Source: Owenia fusiformis
Taxonomy: Eukaryota
Assembly: GCA_903813345.2 (NCBI GenBank)
Contig: CAIIXF020000001.1
Coordinates: forward strand, 9,796,001-9,860,000
Direction of reading: 5' to 3'
DNA: 64,000 nt
The notes under the pieces are model-generated. The model did no database searches, was not told the origin of the DNA, and saw only the letters and a program-made list of their open reading frames with translations. This document shows, piece by piece, positions 52,501 to 63,054 of this stretch (position 1 is the first letter of the stretch; the number at the start of each line of letters is the position of its first letter). The position numbers were made by a program, and so were the translations under genes.

Positions 52501-55500
52501 TTGACCTACCAGATGCTTGAAAATCAAGCGTTTTGGTCCCCACTCCCCAGCTGTTAGAAGGCCTTCTTACAGCTGGGGACCAAAATTACGCTGGAAGTAG
52601 GAACTCTGTTTAAGATAATAACGTACATTCAGAAAGAGATTTTTGTCATGCTTTGAATGGAACAAGTTTGAAGAAAAACGGTGCAGTATGAGACTCGTAA
52701 TTGATTTTCAAATATCCGGTAGGTCAAAAATTCAAATTAACGGTCGAAGTTAGGACCGAGTGGCAATAGGATAGTTTCTAAATAGCAGAAAAATCAATGA
52801 AATCTCGTGCTGCCATCTTTTATTCAGCTTTTAACTTGGGCTAGAGCTCCATTCATTTACATGTTAAAATCTTGGAAAATGGCTTAAAGTGTGCGCCCGA
52901 CCTGGCTACGTATATAACAGAGTTTATACTGGCGGATTAGACTAGTTCATTTTTTATATGTGTGTGAAAGCTTTCTCTTATTTGCGTTTTTTTCGTTTAG
53001 TACGGTTTTGTTATAATTGCCGAGGTCATATAACCGGGATAAAACTGCGCACACACAAAACATTTACGTCGACGTGAACAGTGTTATTAAAAACAACAAG
53101 CTTTAGAATACAAAGCCCAGTAGTGTGATAATAAGCTGTACACTACCACTGCTGCATGTACATATTAGGGCTCATAAAGAGTGGATAGGGAGGTTGTGTT
53201 TGTCACTTTTAATTAAATTTTACATTTCAAAATTGCCATTTTACATGTCATAATTTCTTGGTTTCATTCGTTTAGCCGATCAAAACATTGTAAAACAATA
53301 AATCGTCTATTACGTATGATCAATTTTGTTCGTTTTTAATTAGTTGTCAGAATGAAGTTACGTTCATCTGAATCCATGTTTCAAAACAAAAATCATATTT
53401 TCTTCACTTCAAAATACAAGTACTTCAGTGAGATGAATGCTCGGAATTGTCGTCTGCAATAACTTATTGTCGTATTCGTTCTTTTATCTACTCATAGAAG
53501 CATTTAGTCGTACATTTGATGCCAGGTCACCTTCTCGCGTACCTCTTGGGGAGCCCCACATTTGTGTCTGTCCTCATGGAAGTAAATTCCCCGGTGTAGC
53601 CGAGAGCCACAAACTTTCAACAGGTTCGAAATGGCCAATTTCTCTCATATATACTCATATTTTATTAATTATCACCTACAAAGTATTGCTAATAACTATA
53701 TGTAATTTCAATAAGGAAACTTATCTGGCTACATGTAAATTCAATATCAACACTAGATGTTCGCTCAACACGTCCTGGCTTACCTTGTGATGACAAACCC
53801 TGGGTTTTCGCTATTTATAGTTTATCAACACCTGGACGCATGCGCATTTTATAGTTTATCAGGCAGGCACTTTAATTTCATGATTTATCAAAGTGTGTTT
53901 GTTGAATCTGTATAAAACTTTATAATGATATACCACATGATGACCCTGTTTATGTACATGATGTGATTAAACATGCAAATGTTGATTGACATACAAATAA
54001 TCCACGGATTTAAAGAATTTTAGCATTGCATCTATGGACATTTGGCCCAAGTTTTTTTAAATTGTCATAGAAAATTATTCAAATTACATAACTGTGTAAA
54101 TCAAAGCTATTAAAGGAGAAAACATTTCACTGAATTCAAATATGCCATTTAAAAGAAGGTAACGTAAGTCATTAGAGGTCTAATATGCAAGTCTCTTAAA
54201 ATCTCACGAAAAACGAGATTTAGCGAGATTTCAAAAACTATATGGAAACTATACTATTATATCGAGTGACAACATACTAACGACGAACAGGACGTGGGGC
54301 AGAGGTTGAACTGTCTCAGAATGTATAAGGAACGAGGTAGAAATAAAGAATTCATATGAACGAGTCATGCAAGATACTAAAGAGATACAAATGCATTTTG
54401 ATACTCCGTTTTTGGGCAATTAAAACTCCCTGTCTGCATTGAGTATAGTTATTTATTGTCCGGTGTATAACTTTTGAAACATTATCCTAATTTTTCACAA
54501 AACTTTTTTTGATTCTGCAATAGTTAATGGTTGACATCTATGGCACACTAAAAACGAATTTTTTTATGCATGGTACGTACATGATACAGATCAAATCTTG
54601 GCTCTACTACAAACTATTACACACTTACTTCAACAGTTCAATATATCGCAAAAACAAAAACACAGTTTTGATTTTGAACAATATCACCAATGGGAGAAAT
54701 TCTTAAATCTAAATGTTTGGAAAGGAATACGTTTCTACTAAAACATACAAACCTCTTATATTATGACGAAAAAAGGATAGACATCTGATATGTATATATG
54801 CCACATAAGTTATACGAAATGAGCATATTTTATTGATTTATCGAAAATTTGGACGAAATCAATGGATGGTACTGAACAACCAAAATCTTCTTTTTAGATA
54901 TTTTTCAGGGTAGAAATATTATCAATTGATATTGGAAAACATAATTAACCATATTTTATTGAGAAAAGGGAATGAAAAAAATTATCAAATGAATATATAT
55001 AATTGTCACGGACGTCCATACGTTATTCTAATGAGATAGATATTCCTTTCGCCAGAATATTCTCTTAGACTGTGATAATTGTCTAAAATGTTGGCGGCAG
55101 TCTTGAATTTTCACCAAGAAGGAGTGCGATTCGTGCTGGACAATGCGGTTCAAAATTTGTAGAATGTCCATATAAGTCTATGTGCCGAGAAGCTAGTAAG
55201 AATATATATATGATCGTGAACTTTCGGACCCATTATTGACCGGGCTAACCGATGTCAACGTGATACCAATGTTATGCTGTCCTGATTGCGACAAGATTCG
55301 TTACTAATTAAGACATTTAATTTTTTAATTTTCGGAGAACTGGGTTTCGGACAACTGGGTTTCGGAGAACTGGGTTTCGGACAACTGGGTTTCGGACAAC
55401 TGGGTTTCGGACAACTGGGTTTCGGACAACTGGGTTGACCCCTTCAGACACAGCTTTCCACTTGATAGTCTCACGAAGAAGCTAGACATATTCTGAAACA

Positions 55501-58500
55501 TACCCCCAGGTTATTCTTATTATTTGAGGTCTCTTAGTTCTACATTTCAAAAGTCTGAGAAAAATAAACATCAAAACTACGACTTGAAACCCGCATATAT
55601 ATTTTTTGAAAAAATGAAAGAATGTTTCCTGCTACAATGAAGCTGTCTATACCCTCTCAGTTCGTCAGAAATCGCCGATGAGTTTTCAAAGTACCAGTAG
55701 ATCAAAAAAAATCTGTTTTTTGAAATATTTCAAAATTCGATCGATCATTTCGTAGAGAAATACTTCGATTTTAGAGTGGAGACTTACCTCGTCTCTGGGT
55801 AGATATTCTTCAAAATATATCATGGTTTTGCTATGAAAAGCAGTTATCACGGAGTAAATCCAACTCAAAGTACGCATTTTCTTCATTTCAAACTAGTTGA
55901 AAACAAAGATGGCTGAACTATGAAGTGACAAGTTAGAGTAGAAGGGGTCTTTTGACTTTTGGTATTTTAGGCCACTGATAAAAATAACTGATTTTCATGT
56001 GTTTAACATTTACTAAGTACAAAATACCAGGTATATCATTCTAATTAAGCACATTTTTCTATTTCTTAGCCTCATTAAACACTTATTTAGTTTGGAATGC
56101 CCTTAAACCCTGCTAAACCCTGGTCTGAGAAACAAAGATCTAAATAAGGCCAAAGAGCACCCGGGTTCACTGTTAAACCTCCTGCTCACTGTAGTATGAA
56201 TCATGAATGTACTTTCACACAGGGTTTAACAGAAAGAAACAGTGAACCCTGGTCTAACGAATCCGTGTTTCCAGGGTTCGCCTAGCATGCCTTCGACTCT
56301 TTCTCAACAACCTAGACAAATGTAAGTATCCTAAAACACACAGATGATGTGAAACACATTCCTCTAGCTGAATATACTAACAAGACCAAGCTAGGTCGAT
56401 GAACTTCATCCTACTGAGCAGGTATCCAGAATCCGTACCTCCTTCTTCCCCCCTGCTATAACCAATTTGGAAGCGCCCGATTAAACTGAATCACGTGATC
56501 TTATTATGCGCAATGACTTATACATGATTTCTGTCGCAGTGTTGAGACAGCCAATCAGATTACGAGTTCTTAATCGGGGAAAGGCTAACTGCTTATCGCA
56601 GGGGGTAAAAAGAAAGAATATATTCTGGATTTTGAAGCCCTGTGATCGGAGGATGATGAACTTACAAGATGGATCCTTTGTTTTGAAAAAAAATTCAAAT
56701 TAACGACTTTTTACCAGAATCTGCAGATTTTGCATGAGAGTGCTGTTTGATTACAACCTCTGTGATATTATATCTGATATGTGACTAATTATAGGCATGG
56801 TACACTGTTTTTTTTACAATTGTGCACGAAATCTGCCATTTCGAAAAAAGTTGTTTTATGAAGTTTGCTGTTACTAAAAGGAATGTTATAAAAACCCTTT
56901 GACCTTTGACCTGCACTTTTGACCTTCAGCTTCGACCTACAGGGTGCCCAAAAAGCGGGCCAAAAAGAAAGTTATAAAAACCCTTCGACCTGCACCTTTG
57001 ACTTTTCTTATGAAAATTGTCAAAGTCCAAAAATATTTCTTTGAAAAACGACTAAGTCCAACTTCACATAGATTTAATGAAATTGAACGGAGCTCTGTCC
57101 TCGTCGAAAGCTAGCTGTCATCTCTTGAGTTTACATCGGCGAAATACTTTATAGGCCTGGTGACGTCATCACTTTTCGGACAAGATTTCAAAGTTAAATA
57201 ACAAGTTATTGACGCCATATCCCGTTTTAATATTGATCAACAAGACTATAATTGGAACTCAATAAATAGAACAGTAATAGGTCGCTACTTACTCTAATTT
57301 TACTTCGATTCAATCGAATCAAAACCAGGAAGTAAGTTCTAAAAAGGGAAACTTCCATTTAAACTAGACCCGATTGACTACCCGATCAACATCAACAGAA
57401 TCTTAATTTGATAACATGAAAACGCTATTTCACCCCTGTAACTAAACCTAGAGTACTGCAAACGTTGCTACAATTTAAGATCTTAATGATCTCACCTGTG
57501 AACCACAAATCAAGTGACTCTTGCGTGGTCTGAGATCGGCAAAAATAGCTTCTATAATATTTTCTTTTTGGACACCCTGTAAGTCGAAGGTGAAGGTCGA
57601 AGGTACAGGTCGAAGGTCGAAGGGTTTTTATAACATTCCTTACTAAAATCGTAGAGAGGCAATTTTGTGAAGAGATTTAATGGGATTTGCCATGCCTTGG
57701 CATTGCTGTTGTCTAGTTGGATCTGTTTTTCTCTTTAGACACAACATATGGTACATATTACTGCCTAATATCTATACAAATCACCATAATGAATTGCTCT
57801 TTTGTGTATTTAAAATGACACAATATTTTTCAAAAAAATTAATTTTGTGTTTATATGTATTGATTGACCTTAAAATAATTGTAAAATGTCAGTTCAGTCC
57901 AAAGTCAACTTGATCTGGCTGGCCATAACAGTGGATTTTTCTAAGCTCAAGTTGCTATTTATTTGCATAATTTTGTTTAACAATATTTCAAATGCCAAGA
58001 AGGCATAAGGAACACAGTATTGGCCTCCCTCGTATCTTTGTGCAAATTGAACATTTATAGATTTGGTTTCAGACATGACATATTGTTTATAAAAGTGAAA
58101 GTGACCTTAATGAGATGATAATGATATGTCATTTGATACAAAATGTTTAAATGATTGAGTCGATAAAGCTTGCTGTTAAAGAGGGATATTGCAATAGGAG
58201 AGCACAATTAAGACTCCCTAGACTTTTTTGCATGTTGAGTTTTATGACATATTCACCTATCTACTTAGCAACAAAGTAGTTCCAAAACTGCCGCTTTATA
58301 TCCTTATTTTGCGATTGTACTGACTGGTCGAATTATTTTCGTTGAAATTAATTAATCTGAAGTCTGGGAAAATCCTCTCTTATCTGGTTGTTAAATTTGT
58401 TAATGATGAACTTGATTGGCTGCCTGGTTCAAGGTGTGTTGGCACTCGCGTCAAGTGATGGGGATTCCCCTCTGTGGCCGAGGAATCTATTGTCTTCAAT

Positions 58501-59774
58501 TCTGACAGTTGGTTGTTCTGTTGATTATTTTAATATATCGGCAATGATATACCCATAAGTTGGTCTCAAGATATATCTTAGATATTATGTAAACCTGATG
58601 GTATGCCCTATACCGCAACTTTAAATTCTCCCACTCCCTGGTAGAACTTGTGAATGAGTTCTGTAGCCTTATATTGTTTGGAGTATTTGACTGGTCAGGT
58701 ATTTCTCTGGGATATGTTTCACATTACAGTAAAACATGTCTTAGTGAACATCTTTCTCTAGTGAACACTTTTCTTCATCACATTCTCAACTGACCACTGT
58801 ATAAATTATTCCCTCTGTAATGAACACCTACTGTAGGTGTTCAATGTTTACAGGTTTCACTGTATAAAGAATGTGATTATCTTTCAGTTATATCCTCCTG
58901 GACAAGATCATCTGCTTGATGTCAAAACTGATGAAAAGTCAGGATTCCCTCTGAACTGTAAAAAATATCACAGGTGAGTCAATAGTTTCTATGAATAGGA
59001 TCTGAGAAACAATGGTATTCTTAATACTGAAAGGGAGTAAAACATAATATGAACACAGAAACTGTTGTCATTATCTTTGTATAGTTGACGGTCGAACTTT
59101 AATAGACAACGTGTGAAAGTGGTCTTAACATTTGAAAGTACTAATAGTTTTCATTGCAGCATTGTATTCATTTTCTGATTATAGGGCTGATATAATGCAA
59201 TGATGCCAATGATAGTCGTAGTAGCATATTATTATAGTCTATTGACTGTACAGATAAAAACCTTTGAACCTAATGTTATTTCAAATATTTTAGTTCAAAA
59301 GATGGCAGTTTGAATGTACAAATTAAGTATAGGGAATGGAAAATATGAGTTCATCAAAACAGCCATGTAACCAGTCCCACTCCTATTATTGGCTTGAAAA
59401 ATGTTCACCTACTTCAAAATTAGTTATATAAAGTTTGGGCAAGATGTCCAATTTTTATTTTCCCTGAAAATTATGCTTCTTCGGATTTTTGTCAAGACTG
59501 AGAAAATTTTTTAATTAATAACAAAATTGAAATCTAATAAATAAATTTTATTCTACCTTTGTAAGTACATTTTGAGTGCCCACATTTGAAAAAAGTCAAG
59601 TGACCCTTTTGAAAAGAATTGGCTGTAGGCATGAAAATGATTTTTTTCAGTTTGATTGATGCTTTTGATCCTGGTGATGTGAGAGCAAATCCTAAGATAA
59701 AGGAAGCTAAAGTTGTAGAGTTTGTGCAGTACCCTGGAGAGTTGCTACTCATCCCCACCGGTTGGTTGCACCAG
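37554..59774 (+). CDS. JmjC/cupin-8 2-oxoglutarate-Fe(II) oxygenase (JMJD4/6/8-like group) with N-terminal transmembrane segment; 3'-partial
   Basis: Exons 37554-37888, 38042-38153, 38735-38884, 39388-39549, 58888-58973, 59651-59774 splice in frame (323 codons). Motifs: KWPVIITDLVPNWPAMNW; LLWGSPYSRSTLHMDPYNW..NAVLKGQKNWKLYPP (HxD iron motif and 2OG-binding Lys); QYPGELLLIPTGWLHQ (distal His). Hydrophobic stretch CLFLMITITTIVVIMTMAFIIFMAHILMVAALI near the N-terminus. No following exon found inside the window. Confidence 0.9.
39124..39342. repeat. ~110-bp tandem duplication
   Basis: AATTCATCAATC..GCACCAAATCTC..AACACAGCACAAGGGTT occurs twice. Confidence 0.8.
41172..42902 (-). CDS. GT32 / DXD glycosyltransferase (alpha-1,4-GlcNAc/Gal transferase-like), 2 coding exons, 356 aa, nested antisense in the JmjC intron
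   Basis: Exons 42902-42335 and 41674-41172 join in frame (CAAG|gt...ag|AGCAT, 1071 nt). N-terminal signal anchor, stem, VPNIVHYVW, HMSDFLRIHVLQEHGGIYIDND (DxD), LSNGAIIAKK, YSIHVW: typical A4GALT/A4GNT-family motifs. Confidence 0.9.
41960..42320. repeat. Double-hairpin interspersed element; related copy at ~37040-37364
   Basis: TTATCCTATGCCAAGTTGAGTTTT / AAAACTCTACTTGGTATAGGATAA and GAGATATGCACATCTACCT / AGGTAGATATGCATATCTC. The last ~55 bp are shared with 37310-37364. Confidence 0.7.
46628..47432 (-). mobile_element. HINE, same family as 25864-29022
   Basis: Near-identical start (AACAAGACACACAGTGATAAATATCGCACTTTG) and end (AATATAGCACTTTTTCAAAGTGCGATAAAAA); fewer core repeats. Confidence 0.8.
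49021..49226. mobile_element. MITE with CAGTG ends and 5-bp TSD (hAT5-like)
   Basis: Perfect 14-bp TIR CAGTGATCTCCCCA/TGGGGAGATCACTG; TSD CAATG/CAATG. Confidence 0.85.
50354..55442. mobile_element. Mutator-like (MULE/foldback-type) element with tandem-repeat TIRs, 5089 bp, no intact transposase
   Basis: Exact 9-bp TSD TTCAGACAC (50345-50353 and 55443-55451). Termini GGGTGCACCCCAGTTGTCCG and (rc) GGGGTCAACCCAGTTGTCCG. TIRs consist of 15-bp units CCCAGTTGTCCGAAA, about 8 on the left and 7 inverted on the right. Confidence 0.9.
56880..57639. mobile_element. MULE-type MITE, 760 bp
   Basis: ~75-bp TIRs starting GGAATGTTATAAAAACCCTT with internal GACCTT repeats; exact 9-bp TSD TTACTAAAA (56871-56879 and 57640-57648). 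Confidence 0.85.
58727..58862. mobile_element. pogo/Tigger-type MITE; related decayed copies at ~13860-14064 and ~20529-20692
   Basis: TA|CAGTAAAACATGT ... ACAGGTTTCACTG|TA with internal GAACAC repeats. Confidence 0.65.
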
Positions 59775-60938
59775 GTATGTGTGTATCATGTAAGAAAATT
59801 AATTTTACACCTCATGAAGAAGCGATGCTAGATTTCTACTGTTCAGCCATTCAACATACCCAAACATTAAATTGATCTTTTGTATTTGATGACATTTATG
59901 GATTGAATGAAACGCCTTTCACTTTTAATTGTCCCATTGAATGAATTTATGGGGATATAGAGAACTGCTCTGTCCATCCGTATGTCTGTCCGGGTTTAAG
60001 TCTGTCCATCTGGGCAATAACCCAAAGTAGGTATAAAAAGTTTCGAGACAAATGTGTGACATATACGGAATTCCCATGAAATTTCCGAACAAAATGTGTG
60101 CCTTTTTCTTCGCCGTCTGTTTTTTTTTTTGATGTATCGGCATTCATTCATTCTACAGAAATATTTTTGCTTGACAATTATCATGTATAATGCGTAAAAA
60201 GCTGGCGTGACTTCAATTACTTCAGCAAATACGTGACAAGTACGCAAATTGCGGGACAGTTGGATGGCCTGGGATTTGCTACGTCTTGGCATTGCTATTA
60301 TCTATTATGTTTCTATCATGTTGTATTGAATATGATGAGTAACATGATAAAGTAAGTTTCGTTCAGTGTTTCTTAACTCCCTGTGTTGCGTTTTTTCTTG
60401 TTTATTTATTTTAAGTTTTCAATTTGAAATAAGCTATGGTGTGTGCTTTTCTTTTTTTATGATTCGTATTTGTATTGTTTTTTATTGAAGTGTCACAGGC
60501 TTAATTTCATACATGTACATCTATACAATCATCCAAAAAGCCCCGAGCCAGCAATGGCTTATGAGACACTGCTAATCAAAATGAATCATATAATATTATA
60601 TAATAACATGCATAATATAATATGAGTCAGTTGCAGAAATGGGATTATGAATAAAGCAAAGTTCATGACCTCTACTACCAATATTGATTGATGAACTGAT
60701 CACTCAGTCAGTTGTTGATCATATGCAAATGTGGTCAGGTTATAAATATAAGTACAATTTAAGTCCATGATATTTTCACATATTGAACATAACACTCAGT
60801 TCACAAAGAGATGTATACAAATCTAATCCACAAGTAGAAATGATTGTTTCATGCTGTTTATGCATTGTGTATAAACTGTAATCCAAAACATGAATAACGT
60901 TGGCAAGAGGTGGTTGTATGATGGCCCATAAAATCACA

Positions 60939-61745
60939 TTATGTAACACCGGCACCCTGGTTCAAGTTATAGTGCAGTGGCCCATGTTTGTAGATTTTGT
61001 GTATATTCCTTAAAACATACTCCGTTTCCAATTGTTCCCTGGTCTTCTTAGTTTCGATATAGACATTACTGTAATCCTTAGATTGCTTCAACTTTATTTT
61101 GGACCTCAAAATTCGGGATTTATCGTTGTCAGACTTCAGTGTTACGAGCACAATACCTGCATTGGCATTCCTTTTTGGCAGTCTTTTTACGTCATTTGGG
61201 GACACTCGAATCGGATCATCACAAACAATTTCAGAAAATACATTACTAACCATATCTGCATCCTCTTTAGCTGATGTTTCTGGCAAATTCTTGATGACAA
61301 TAATCGGTACTGTTTCATTACTTCTTTTGTCTGCATGTTTACACATTGAGTTTTCCAAAACGTCAACACGGTCTTGTAAGTCCTTGATCTTTTCACAAAC
61401 TGTATTTACATGTTGTAACATCACATTTCTCTGCTGTTCAATTTTTGTGTCAAAATAACTAACCAGTTCATTTCGTTGTTGTTCCAGCTGTTTAATGAGT
61501 CCGCTATTGTGATCCAATATTCTAGTCATTTGCCCCTGCAACGTTTGGATAGAAGATCCTAGTGTCATTATAGAGGCCGACGTGTTTGCATCCATTTGAG
61601 GTCCCTTTGTACTGTATCCAAATAAATTTTCAATGTTGTCAGCCATATTGGATTTTTCAATTTTTGACTTCGTTCCTGTCAAAGTTTTCATACTCTGTTG
61701 CTGATTATCCAGTTTAGGTTTTCTTGTTGGTTTTGGTTTACCCAT
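60939..61745 (-). CDS. LINE ORF1-like protein (coiled coil + RRM-like region), 268 aa, no ORF2
   Basis: Intronless ORF; heptad region (IKDLQDRVDVLEN) followed by IVIKNLPE...KRLP...IVLVTLKS..DKSRILRSKIKLK...NVYIE..T..Q, a pattern typical of CR1/L2/L1-type ORF1p. Confidence 0.75.
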   Translation of the reverse strand: MGKPKPTRKPKLDNQQQSMKTLTGTKSKIEKSNMADNIENLFGYSTKGPQMDANTSASIMTLGSSIQTLQGQMTRILDHNSGLIKQLEQQRNELVSYFDTKIEQQRNVMLQHVNTVCEKIKDLQDRVDVLENSMCKHADKRSNETVPIIVIKNLPETSAKEDADMVSNVFSEIVCDDPIRVSPNDVKRLPKRNANAGIVLVTLKSDNDKSRILRSKIKLKQSKDYSNVYIETKKTREQLETEYVLRNIHKIYKHGPLHYNLNQGAGVT

Positions 61746-62226
61746 TCTCTCCGAATATTCCAGTGTACCTTGATACTGTTATTAGTCCTTGTGAACGTTA
61801 CGAAATCATAAAAAAGTCGAATTTGCTAGGAGCTGTTTAGAACCTTGTGCTAGTGGTACGATGGCCCATGTTATACTATGATACAGTTAACCAAGAACTC
61901 AAAAAGAAACATTTAATTTTTTTTTATATGTCATCTTCAATTGAAAAGGCAAGCATCAAATATAAAAAATAAACTGTTCAGGTTTCATTGTAATACAGAA
62001 TAGAAATAAAGTATAAGTAAGTGACCATAATGAAGGTTAAGGTGACCATGATATTTTCTACTTCAAAAAGTAAACTATCATGCGATAAGGCCTACATTAA
62101 CATGTAATTTTGCTGTATACTACCTTGTCTTTGACATTGCTGTTATCTAGTTCTATTTTAACAAGAAACATACTATATTACATCCATACATGATAATTTT
62201 GCTGTACGCTGAAGACTGACATCAAA

Positions 62227-63054
62227 ATGAGATTTTCTGGTAAAGGAGTTATAGTCACTGGATCAAACAGTGGTATTGGGAAGGCCACTGCCCTGTTGAT
62301 GGCAAAAGAAGGAGCCAGTGTTGTCATACATTGAAGAGACATGAAAACACTGGAACAGACTATTTAAGAATGCAGGGAAGTTGGTGCACAAAATGCCAAG
62401 TTTCCTATTGTTCAGGGAGACTTTAACAGTGACAAGACATTGATACAGCGATTATATGACACTGCTATGGAGACATTTGGGCGAATTGATGTCCTAGTGA
62501 ACAATGCCTGTACAGCTGAAATCTGCACATTTGAGAACGTCATAGAGGAACAGTTTGACAAGCAGATCAATGTTGCTCTTAAAGCGCCTGTATTTTTATC
62601 TCAGAAATGTTTCCCAGAGCTAAAGAAAAACAAAGGAAACATTGTGAATGTATCAAGCATTGCTGCAGCAAGACCCCCCTCTCTTGGACATGCAATTTAT
62701 TCTGTTTCAAAAGCAGCATTGAATCAGTTTACTCAATGCGCAGGGATAGAATATGGTTCTGAGGGTGTCAGAGTTAATGTAGTATGCCCAGGGTTGGTTG
62801 CCACTGGATTCTTTATCAAAGCTGGAATTGTTGACACGGAGGCTGAGCAAGATGAACATTATAAGAAACTCACACGTTGTACCCCATTAAAGAAACCTGG
62901 TACTCCTGAGGAGACGGCTAAGCTGATTGCGTATCTGGCATCAGATGATGCATCTATGATGAATGGTGCTAACATTATACATGATGGAGGACTAACTCTT
63001 ATGGGACTTGATACAAAAACAATTGAGAATGCTGCAAAGTGTGCCAGCGAATAA
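62227..63054 (+). pseudogene. Intronless classical short-chain dehydrogenase/reductase (FabG-like) pseudogene
   Basis: ATG 62227 is in frame with the 62440 ORF. Motifs TGSNSGIG, DVLVNNA, NVSS, YSVSK, VRVNVVCPG. Two in-frame stops: TGA 62332 (in the H-G-R position) and TAA 62365. Confidence 0.88.

Larger units (their letters stand above)
45990..55489 (-). pseudogene. Disrupted transposase-like gene of the outer element
   Basis: ATG at 55489 (MSSFFVRLSSGKL) resumes in frame at 50353 once the inner insertion is removed (CLNKKAA...FMLQFAAFRGQTFKWLVKNSLG, frameshift ~50144, YAAYIV). Later pieces: PLYMEVGTLVKGRVTLPIYRCPRGSTLLASFH (48742-48625); PDHNRYMEAVM...YNEIRRKV...TQIQLFHINNATLTLW (48253-48007); HMFDLPKNTAGE...IPRSTKSYRKR (46415-46077). 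Contains stops, frameshifts and insertions. Confidence 0.75.
44623..56764 (-). mobile_element. 12.1-kb TIR DNA transposon carrying a decayed spliced transposase gene, plus later insertions
   Basis: ~60-bp imperfect TIRs: left CACAGGTCGTAATAAAACAGCACTCTCTTGCAAAATCTGC (44623), right (rc) CACAGAGGTTGTAATCAAACAGCACTCTCATGCAAAATCTGC (ending 56764). Flanked by ATATT/ATATT, or by TCATATT/TGATATT if the right end is 56762. AACCC(T/G)G motifs occur near both ends (~44920, 56105-56280). Confidence 0.8.

Noticed and set aside
43608-60271. Inverted CAGGCC..CAACTGTCCCGCAATTTGCGTA ends as one 16.7-kb transposon with a GGATTT-like TSD
   Set aside because: Both look like the same end of one family (a related copy lies at ~40250). 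The right flank GGATTTGCTAC also occurs at 43929 as part of a host repeat, and the span would include JmjC exons.
62332-62334. In-frame TGA in the SDR as selenocysteine or readthrough
   Set aside because: It falls at a usual Gly position and is followed by an in-frame TAA; simple pseudogenisation is more likely.
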